Source: Desulfobacteraceae bacterium (GTDB lineage Bacteria > Desulfobacterota > Desulfobacteria > Desulfobacterales > SURF-7). From it: a stretch of 44,859 bases of DNA. The notes under the pieces were generated by a model. The model saw only the letters and a program-made list of their open reading frames with translations, made no database searches and was not told the DNA's origin. Positions 26,501 through 34,013 of this stretch are shown piece after piece. Every line of letters starts with the position of its first letter. The stretch's first letter is position 1. The position numbers and the translations under genes are program-made. The stretch covers positions 1 to 44,859 of the forward strand of contig JAUXDD010000001.1 of NCBI GenBank assembly GCA_030618465.1, read 5' to 3'.

Positions 26501-26511
26501 AATTGTTCCTT

Positions 26512-27171
26512 TTATTCTTTTCCTTGTGGTTTTATTCCAAGGTAATCCTCATCAAAATCTGAAATTAGTGCCATGGATACCGGAACCAGCATATCAGCCA
26601 TTTTTGAATATTTTGTAGATATAGATTTTACGAATTCAGACGATATGGCGTAAAGCCGCGCATGCAATTTGTCCATATCAACCGTGGGGTATTTTGTTCC
26701 TTCTTTAAAACCGGATTGCCCGCAGGTATGGCTGAGCCCTGAGGATGCGGTGGGAATTCCATACAAACGACATGTAATTGGTCTATATTCATAAAGCGAG
26801 CAGTTTTTATCACTATTTAACAGCGGGCACCGCACACGTTCTGCAGCCATTTTTCCCAGTATTTCAGCTGGATCAACACCATCAAGAGACTCTTTGTGGG
26901 CATTTTTTTTTAGCTTATAAATTTTTCGATCAGCCGTATTTGCCCTATCAATTATATTTAAATTGTCTACCCCACTGAAATGCTCATTAAATTTGGCGTT
27001 AATGTACATCGCTTCGATAAGTGTCAGGTCAAAAAGAGCATAGCAGCAATCCGAACACCCCGGCTTACACGTTACAAGTTCCGCATACTCATTTTCCATG
27101 CGTGAAAAAATACCATCTACCATTAAGGCAAGGGCCTCATACTTTGAAAAAAACGGTTTGACATCAATCAT
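26512..27171 (-). CDS. YkgJ family cysteine-cluster protein (putative Zn/Fe-chelating domain)
   Basis: 219 aa with 'CKPGCSDCC' (CxxxCxxCC), followed by 'CPLL...CSLYEYRPITCRLYG', typical of the UPF0153/YkgJ family. Confidence 0.75.
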   Translation of the reverse strand: MIDVKPFFSKYEALALMVDGIFSRMENEYAELVTCKPGCSDCCYALFDLTLIEAMYINAKFNEHFSGVDNLNIIDRANTADRKIYKLKKNAHKESLDGVDPAEILGKMAAERVRCPLLNSDKNCSLYEYRPITCRLYGIPTASSGLSHTCGQSGFKEGTKYPTVDMDKLHARLYAISSEFVKSISTKYSKMADMLVPVSMALISDFDEDYLGIKPQGKE

Positions 27172-27222
27172 TGGATTTAAATTCCTTCAAATATAAAATT
27201 GTTGTATGTTTCACGTGAAACA

Positions 27223-28623
27223 TTATTTTCCTATACAAAAGTTATTAAAAATTGCATCCAGAATATCTGGCTTTATTGTAATGCCGATAATTTCATCCAG
27301 TTGATCCAGTATACCACGCATATCAATTGATACCAGCTCAAAGGGCAAATTGCAATTCAGGGCTTCCTTTGCAGCATTTGCATGGCCAAGGGCTTTCTCA
27401 AAACTCTGCGTATGCCTGATATTTGGGACTATTGTACTACCGCTGATACTTTCACCCATCAGAATTGTTCCCATAAGTTTTATTAAATCATCAATGCCTG
27501 TATTATAAAGTGCGGAAATTTCGGCACAAGGAAAATCATTCAGGTATTCAGCAGGGCGGTCAATTTTAACATCCTGGTCAAGAAGATCGATTTTGTTGAA
27601 AATAATAATTATTTTTGAGTGCAGGGACGTTAAAAGTTGATGAATTTGATCTCCTCTGAATTTTTCAGAGGCGTCCACTACGAATAATACCATGTCCGCC
27701 TGATTGATCTGTTCCATGGCTTTCTCAATACCTATTTTTTCAACAGGATCACGCGATACGCTATGAATACCGGCAGTATCAATAACAATAACGGGTATGC
27801 CCTGGATCGTAAAGATATCCTCAATAAGGTCGCGCGTCGTTCCGGGTATCGGGGTTACAATTGCGCGGTCCTTTTTTACCAGACGGTTCATTAAGCTGGA
27901 TTTCCCCACATTGGGACTGCCGGCAATAACCAGTTTAACCCCGTCTCTTAAAAAATGGGAACTTTCATAACATTCGATAAGCCCGGTAAGTGGGTGTATT
28001 ACTGAGTGCTCTAAACGATTACGAAATTTTTGAACATCACCAATTTCTTCTGTGTCGTCAGGAAAGTCTAAAAGAGCCTCTAATCTGGCCAGCATGTCAA
28101 TAAGTTCATGTCTTATAATGTTGATACGCTTTTTTAATTCCCCTTTCAGTTGTGATGCGGCAATATCAAGTGATGCGGAAGAATTGGCATTTATAATGTC
28201 GGCAACAGCTTCCGCCTGTGTCAGGTCGATACGGCCATTGAGAAACGCCCGTTTGGTGAACTCTCCTGGTTCGGCAATAATTGCACCTTCTTCAATTACA
28301 AGTTCCATAATGGATTTCAAAATAATTGAACCGGCATGGGCCTGGATCTCAACAACATCTTCCCGTGTATACGAGTGGGGGGCTTCCATAAAAGCAACCA
28401 GGACTTCATCAAGTTCCTGGCCGGTTCGAGGATTAAGAACATGGCCGTGATAAAGATAGCGGGGTTTAATGGTAGAAACAACAGGGTTTTTTAAGTTTTT
28501 GCCGGAGCGTTGAAAAATACGGAACGTGATATTAAACGCTTCCGGGCCGGAAATTTTTACTATCCCGATACCGCCACTGCCCATAGGAGTAGCAATGGCG
28601 GCAATTGTAGCGTTTTTTTCCAT
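27223..28623 (-). CDS. mnmE: tRNA uridine-5-carboxymethylaminomethyl modification GTPase MnmE
   Basis: 466 aa with '[12 protein letters not shown]', 'DTAG', 'NKIDL' and the C-terminal 'CIGK'. Confidence 0.95.
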   Translation of the reverse strand: MEKNATIAAIATPMGSGGIGIVKISGPEAFNITFRIFQRSGKNLKNPVVSTIKPRYLYHGHVLNPRTGQELDEVLVAFMEAPHSYTREDVVEIQAHAGSIILKSIMELVIEEGAIIAEPGEFTKRAFLNGRIDLTQAEAVADIINANSSASLDIAASQLKGELKKRINIIRHELIDMLARLEALLDFPDDTEEIGDVQKFRNRLEHSVIHPLTGLIECYESSHFLRDGVKLVIAGSPNVGKSSLMNRLVKKDRAIVTPIPGTTRDLIEDIFTIQGIPVIVIDTAGIHSVSRDPVEKIGIEKAMEQINQADMVLFVVDASEKFRGDQIHQLLTSLHSKIIIIFNKIDLLDQDVKIDRPAEYLNDFPCAEISALYNTGIDDLIKLMGTILMGESISGSTIVPNIRHTQSFEKALGHANAAKEALNCNLPFELVSIDMRGILDQLDEIIGITIKPDILDAIFNNFCIGK

Positions 28624-28716
28624 ATAAGTCTCTCACTAAAAGCATGTGGCTGACATGAGGCTTGGGGATTAAGAACAGAAACAATCGAGTCATATCCAGC
28701 CTGTAAGTTATATCCG

Positions 28717-29496
28717 TTACCGGGACGCGCTCTTTTTTTTATCCGATTTTTTTTTAGGAAAAATAATCAGTTTTCTGTAATATCCTTCACCCACACTTTG
28801 CGTTCGTACACCTTTATCGTTTTTTAAAGCAAGATGTACAATTCTTCTGTCCTGGGCATTCATCTGGTTGATAGTTGACGGTTTCCCGGTACGCTTTGCT
28901 TTTTCAGCCAGTCTTGCTGCCAGTTTGTTCAGGCTTTCTCTCCTGGTTTTTAAATACCCTTCAACATCAATTTGAATTCTGATTCTCTGGTCACTGCATT
29001 TATTTACTATTTTATCAACAAGATATTGAATGGCTTCCAGGTTCTGCCCGCGTTTTCCAATAATGACTCCGGAGTCTCCACCCGCCACATCAAATAATAC
29101 CCGCTCCAGATTCGTCTTGACTGATATTTGGGCATCTGTGGTGATTAAATCCAGGATTTTCTGCAGGGCCTGTTTGCCTAACTGTAAGGCTTCCTCAGGA
29201 TATGCTGGTATGGGTGTGTCATCAAAAGCTTCATCTACCAGGGACTGAATACCGTCCCTGGTACTACCGGCATCATCTTGAAATGAGATGGTCTTTGAAC
29301 GACCCCCCTTTTTTGGGGAATTTGGCATGGAAACCCGGATACGGGCTTTTTTCACCCCCACAAGACCAAAAATACCACTTGAGCCATTGGACAGGACATC
29401 ATATTTAAGGTCGTCTTTGGAAAGATTTAATTTTTCACAGGCCGCTGTAACTGCCTTATCTACGTTTTTGCCTTCAAATTCAATAAAAGGCTCCAT
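28717..29496 (-). CDS. jag: Jag/KhpB family RNA-binding protein (KH + R3H domains)
   Basis: 259 aa with an N-terminal Jag_N, a KH segment ('IGKRGQNLEAIQYL') and R3H ('RRIVHLAL'). It is in the canonical position after yidC. Confidence 0.88.
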   Translation of the reverse strand: MEPFIEFEGKNVDKAVTAACEKLNLSKDDLKYDVLSNGSSGIFGLVGVKKARIRVSMPNSPKKGGRSKTISFQDDAGSTRDGIQSLVDEAFDDTPIPAYPEEALQLGKQALQKILDLITTDAQISVKTNLERVLFDVAGGDSGVIIGKRGQNLEAIQYLVDKIVNKCSDQRIRIQIDVEGYLKTRRESLNKLAARLAEKAKRTGKPSTINQMNAQDRRIVHLALKNDKGVRTQSVGEGYYRKLIIFPKKKSDKKKSASR

Positions 29497-29511
29497 GTAA
29501 AACCTCCACTA

Positions 29512-31197
29512 TTAAGAATATTTTTTTGATATATAATATTGCTGAGCGATTGACAGGATGTTGTTCACAAGCCAATACAATACCAGTCCTGAAGAAAAGT
29601 TAATGAATATAAATGTAAAAACAATCGGCATCATCATCATTATTTTTGCCTGGGCCGGGTCTCCTGCAGGGGGAGCCATTTTCTGCTGCAACAACATGGT
29701 TCCGCCCATAATAATTGTAAGCACGGGGATACCGATCGGTGGTTCCATGAACGGTATGGAGAAGCCGAAATTAAAAAGACGATCCGGGGCTGACAGGTCC
29801 GTGATCCAGCCAAAAAAAGGAGCGTGCCGCAGCTCTATTGCACCATAAAGCATCTGATAAAACGCAAAGAAAACAGGTATTTGGGCAACCATCGGCAGAC
29901 AACCGCCCAGGGGATTAACTTTGTATGTTTTATACAGCCCCATTAATTCCTCATTCATTTTCTTTTTATCATCTTTGTGTTTTTCTCTGAGCTCTGCCAT
30001 CAATGGTTGAAGTTTTTTCATTTCATTCATTGATTTGTAACTTTTGGTTCCAAGGGGCCAGAAAAGGATTTTAAAAATAATTGTCAAAATGATTATGGCA
30101 ATTCCATAATTTGGAATAAATTTGTATATGAAATTCATTAACCATAAACATGGCTTGGCAATAATATCAAACCATCCGAAATTTACTGCCTTATCAAGAT
30201 CGTATTCAAATGATTTAAGGATGTTGACATTTTTGGGCCCCAGAAAAAGATGATAATTAAAAGTGTGCTGTGTTCCAGGAGATATTGGACTCATGGACTG
30301 CATATACTGTGTCTTAACAAGTTTATCGCTGTTTAAAAAAAGGCGCAGGGTCGCATCATTTGAGTTTTCCGGGGAATTCTCCGGAATAATCCCTGACATA
30401 AAAAACTGGTTTTGAAAGGCCACCCATTTTATATTACCGCTATACGTGTTTTGATCCTCGATTTTATCTACTTTAATTTTTTCAAGCCGGTTGTTGATCA
30501 ACGCACATGGCCCCTCGAAACCATATGCTCTTTTGTCAGCCGGGGCAGAGGTGATCAAGGAGAGCAAAAGATCGTCTTTAAGGGTCTGTTCAGAGTTGTT
30601 TTTTATGGTAATGGCTAATCCAATTAAATAGGTATCCGGGGAAAAAGAATACGTTTTTTTCACAATAATTCCCCGCGGGGATGTCCATGAAAAAGCAACG
30701 GTTTGGGGGGTGACTGTTGCATCAATGACATCTGAATCAGTATCAGCTTCATAAACAGCATCGTCAAGACCGGAGATGCTGTTTTCCAAAAGTTCGAAAA
30801 GAATGGTTCCTACCGTATTGTTTTTTGAAATCAGCTCCTTTAAAAGAGAATTGTCCTTATTGGTTTCCCTGTACTCACTTAATACAAAACTTTTAAATAC
30901 CGCGTCCGTTTCAGATATATCGGTCGTGTAATACGAGGAACGGATACGAATTGTTCGGGGTGTTCGTGCCGGTGCAATTGTTTCTTCATCAGTTAGCACA
31001 TTTTTCTTTGGGACCTCTTTATCAAAATCTGTTATCAGTGATTTTTCCGGTGGAATATCTTCTTTTGCTGTTTGAGAAGCCGCCATGTCCTGTGGTTGTT
31101 TTTCCCGGGGCTCCTGTTTTTCCACGAAAAAAACATTCCACAAAAAAAAGACAAGAAAGGAAAGCACTACGGCGAGAAACATACGCGTTTGTTCCAT
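29512..31197 (-). CDS. yidC: membrane protein insertase YidC
   Basis: 561 aa with an N-terminal TM, a large periplasmic domain and a C-terminal 5-TM core ('GIAIIILTIIFK...PLGGCLPMVAQIPVFFA'). The RBS GGAGAA precedes the ATG. Confidence 0.95.
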   Translation of the reverse strand: MEQTRMFLAVVLSFLVFFLWNVFFVEKQEPREKQPQDMAASQTAKEDIPPEKSLITDFDKEVPKKNVLTDEETIAPARTPRTIRIRSSYYTTDISETDAVFKSFVLSEYRETNKDNSLLKELISKNNTVGTILFELLENSISGLDDAVYEADTDSDVIDATVTPQTVAFSWTSPRGIIVKKTYSFSPDTYLIGLAITIKNNSEQTLKDDLLLSLITSAPADKRAYGFEGPCALINNRLEKIKVDKIEDQNTYSGNIKWVAFQNQFFMSGIIPENSPENSNDATLRLFLNSDKLVKTQYMQSMSPISPGTQHTFNYHLFLGPKNVNILKSFEYDLDKAVNFGWFDIIAKPCLWLMNFIYKFIPNYGIAIIILTIIFKILFWPLGTKSYKSMNEMKKLQPLMAELREKHKDDKKKMNEELMGLYKTYKVNPLGGCLPMVAQIPVFFAFYQMLYGAIELRHAPFFGWITDLSAPDRLFNFGFSIPFMEPPIGIPVLTIIMGGTMLLQQKMAPPAGDPAQAKIMMMMPIVFTFIFINFSSGLVLYWLVNNILSIAQQYYISKKYS

Positions 31198-31321
31198 ATT
31201 CGTTCTCCAAATTTATTCGTCAGGATTATTCCTGAGATGATGCAAACTGTTTTGTTAAAAACCATTTCGGGAAACAGGTAACGTTTCGGCAGGCAACAGG
31301 GCAGGACGGATTGTGACTTAC

Positions 31322-31375
31322 CCCCTTGGCCTCAGGGGATACCACCGGTCTGCAGACCACAATAATGTTGTGATC
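31322..31375 (-). other. cluster of GC-rich hairpins in the yidD-yidC spacer (possible REP-like insertion or structured mRNA element)
   Basis: - CCCCT/AGGGG hairpin at 31322..31338.
- Perfect 12-bp palindrome GGTCTGCAGACC at 31347..31358.
- 8-bp stem at 31355..31375 that has a G.U pair only in the minus (mRNA) sense.
- Local GC is far above the flanking DNA. Confidence 0.4.
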
Positions 31376-31411
31376 ATATGAAGTTGATACACGCTCTGCT
31401 AATCTGAACCG

Positions 31412-31678
31412 TTATGGTACAGGATCAATACCGCCATCATGAAAAGGATGACACCGAAGAATCCTTTTCAAAGCAAGGAATAATCCTTTTAAGATACCAT
31501 GGCGGATAATAGCCTGGTAAGCGTATTCTGAACAGGATGGGTAAAATCGACATGAAGGACCCAAAACAGGCGACAGACAATATTGATAGCATCGAATAAG
31601 AAGTAGAAGTATTTTCTTAATGATCACGTTTCCTCGCAACAGATTCAAAAATGGCCTGGAGAGAAGAATATGCCTCAA
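31412..31678 (-). CDS. yidD: membrane protein insertion efficiency factor YidD
   Basis: The family signature '[19 protein letters not shown]......[17 protein letters not shown]' is present. The ORF-track start overlaps rnpA by 62 nt. The more likely start is GTG at 31627 (71 aa, GAGGA just upstream, 11-nt overlap). Confidence 0.9.
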   Translation of the reverse strand: MRHILLSRPFLNLLRGNVIIKKILLLLIRCYQYCLSPVLGPSCRFYPSCSEYAYQAIIRHGILKGLFLALKRILRCHPFHDGGIDPVP

Positions 31679-31973
31679 CTGAAGATATGCCGACCGCTTT
31701 TTTTTTTGCTATGATGTTAATATCCAAGGATTCACGGAAGTTGTGCCTGCTTTGTCGAAAATATTCACGAATCCATCGTTTGATTTTGTTTCGTTTTGCA
31801 GCACACCCGGTTTTTTTTGTAATGGTTATGCCCAGTCGTGTTTTTTCATAGCTGTTTGAAGCAATGGCAGCAATAAAAAATCTGTTTTCTATGCTCTTTC
31901 CTGTTTTTGTAAGTCGGACAAAATCGGATCGTTTAAGAATTCTTTTTTCCCGTTTAAAAGAGTTTGCGCTCAA
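31617..31973 (-). CDS. rnpA: ribonuclease P protein component
   Basis: 118 aa, basic, with a TTG start. It has '[16 protein letters not shown]' (the RNR motif) and sits in the canonical position after rpmH. Confidence 0.9.
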   Translation of the reverse strand: MSANSFKREKRILKRSDFVRLTKTGKSIENRFFIAAIASNSYEKTRLGITITKKTGCAAKRNKIKRWIREYFRQSRHNFRESLDINIIAKKKAVGISSVEAYSSLQAIFESVARKRDH

Positions 31974-32138
31974 ATTATAAAACCTTTAAATATATATATC
32001 CCTGATTTTTTCAATACTGGTAAAATTATATGGATGTATACAGGAAAAGTAAACAAATCGAAGTTGGATCCTGTCTTCAGTATTGATATCGCTTTAGAGC
32101 GCCCCATTAATCCTGTCCTGTTCTGCCAGATAAGTAAA

Positions 32139-32273
32139 TTAAACTGTTATCCTGTTTCTTCCTTTCGCTCTTCGCCGGTTAATAAGCTTTCTTCCCTGTT
32201 TGGTTGACATTCTTTTTCTGAAGCCATGCGTTCTGGCACGCTTAATTCTGCTTGGCTGAAACGTTCTTTTCAT
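32139..32273 (-). CDS. rpmH: 50S ribosomal protein L34
   Basis: Not in the ORF track because it is only 44 aa. The reverse complement reads ATG..TAA and encodes [44 protein letters not shown], a textbook L34. Confidence 0.93.
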   Translation of the reverse strand: MKRTFQPSRIKRARTHGFRKRMSTKQGRKLINRRRAKGRNRITV

Positions 32274-32445
32274 TTTTAGTATCCCTATTTCAAAACTTCA
32301 CAATGTTAAAAAAAACTAAATGAGATTGTTTGTTATATATGGAGCAAGTACCTGTAATGGCAAACATTTAGAACAAAATTATTTTTTGTTTTTATAATAG
32401 CCAGAAAATAAACCACAAATAAAATTAAAAGTCAATAATCAATCT

Positions 32446-33990
32446 TTAATTGGAATGAATTTCAAATATATCAAATTCCTCAACATGAAATCGGGGATTG
32501 GGATATATGACGATTTGTTTTCCCAGTTTACGTTCAAGGGAGGAAATTATGTTGTTTTCTTCACCATGCAATCGTTCGGCAACATCCGGGTTAACCCGCA
32601 ATGTAAATTTTTTTCCGGTCATATCCTGTGCCTCACGGAGAATTTCACGGTAAATATTGTAGCAGATGGACTGCTTTGAAATCAGGTACCCATCCCCTTC
32701 GCAGTAAAAACAGGGTTCACACAGCAATCTGGACAGGGCCTTTCGTATTCGTTTTCGTGTCATTTGTATTAATCCCAGTTCCGACAAAGGCAGTACATGG
32801 GTTTTGCTTTTATCTTTTGCCAGGACTTCCTTGAGCGCGTTATAGACCTTTTCACGGTTTGTTTTTCTTTCCATATCAATAAAATCGATAATTATAATTC
32901 CCCCCAGGTTTCGGAGTCGAATCTGATATGCAATTTCTTTAACCGCCTCAAGGTTTGTCTTTAAAATCGTTTCTTCAAAATTGTGTTTACCCACGTAACG
33001 ACCGGTGTTCACATCGATTGCCACAAGGGCTTCCGTATGTTCGATAACAATATAGCCGCCGGACTTGAGCCAAACCTTTTTTTTCAAAGCCCGGGAAATA
33101 TCAACTTCAAGATTATATGCATCAAAAATGGGTTCCAGGCCGTTGTAAAGTTCAACAGAGTCTTTCAGGCTCGGCATGAATTCTTCAAGAAATGACAGTA
33201 CGGCCTGATATCCAGATGGAGAATCCACAATAACTTTATCCGCCTCATCTGTCAGAAGATCACGTACCGCCCGTAGAATAACCGTAAGTTCTTTATGTAA
33301 CAGAGACGGTGCAGAAACAGTTTGGAATTTATTCTGAATGTTTTTCCACAGATTTATCAGAAACAGCATCTCCTTTTCAAGTTTGTCTTTTTGTATGCCT
33401 TCAGCGGCTGTTCTGACAATATATCCGTAATTTTTATCTCGTAAATCCACAATTATTTCTTTTAAGCGGTTTCGTTCAGTTTCATCTTCAATGCGTCGTG
33501 AAATGCCGATATGATCCACCGTTGGCATGAGGACAAGAAATCGGCCGGGAAGCGAAATATGGGTTGTTATGCGGGCACCCTTGCTTCCAATGGGTGACTT
33601 TGCCACCTGAACAAGAATTTCTTTTCCCTCGGTGATCAGCTCCTCTATCCTGGACTCGCGCTTTGAATAAGTGGAAACGGAATCCACCGCATCCGTATCC
33701 AGCCCATTCTCATGAGCAGCGTCACTGCTTAAAAAAATCTGTTCAAAATCATTCGAAGGCTGATCACCGGTAACATCTCCCACATAGATAAAGGCGGCCT
33801 GGTTGATACCGATATCAACAAATGCTGCCTGCATGCCCGGAAGAACGCGTTGCACCCGGCCATTGTAAATATTTCCGGCAATATTGGATTCATCACTGCG
33901 GTCAATATACAGTTCTACAATGGCTCCATCTTCAAGGAGCGCAACCCTGGTTTCATGTTCACTGTCGTTAATGATAAGTTCTTTATACAT
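32446..33990 (-). CDS. rng: ribonuclease G / RNase E-G family endoribonuclease
   Basis: 514 aa with an N-terminal S1 domain ('GNIYNGRVQRVLPGMQAAFVDIG'), a DNase I-like/5' sensor region ('IDVNTGRYVG') and the Zn-link 'CPCFYCEGDG'-type motif ('CEPCFYCEGDGY'). Confidence 0.92.
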   Translation of the reverse strand: MYKELIINDSEHETRVALLEDGAIVELYIDRSDESNIAGNIYNGRVQRVLPGMQAAFVDIGINQAAFIYVGDVTGDQPSNDFEQIFLSSDAAHENGLDTDAVDSVSTYSKRESRIEELITEGKEILVQVAKSPIGSKGARITTHISLPGRFLVLMPTVDHIGISRRIEDETERNRLKEIIVDLRDKNYGYIVRTAAEGIQKDKLEKEMLFLINLWKNIQNKFQTVSAPSLLHKELTVILRAVRDLLTDEADKVIVDSPSGYQAVLSFLEEFMPSLKDSVELYNGLEPIFDAYNLEVDISRALKKKVWLKSGGYIVIEHTEALVAIDVNTGRYVGKHNFEETILKTNLEAVKEIAYQIRLRNLGGIIIIDFIDMERKTNREKVYNALKEVLAKDKSKTHVLPLSELGLIQMTRKRIRKALSRLLCEPCFYCEGDGYLISKQSICYNIYREILREAQDMTGKKFTLRVNPDVAERLHGEENNIISSLERKLGKQIVIYPNPRFHVEEFDIFEIHSN

Positions 33991-34013
33991 AATAAATATT
34001 TTTCTGAAGCAAT

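Noticed and set aside
30951-31281. Plus-strand ORFs 30951..31235 and 31072..31281, and minus ORF 31022..31210, around the yidC start and spacer.
   Set aside because: They overlap the well-supported yidC N-terminus or run antisense through it. There is no RBS, and their translations are compositionally odd. The spacer is better explained as non-coding structured DNA/RNA.
32274-32445. oriC or DnaA-box cluster upstream of rpmH.
   Set aside because: There is no TTATCCACA or close variant in the gap. The only near matches I saw (such as cgtggataa near 39537 and tgtggatcg near 13340) are isolated and inside coding sequence.
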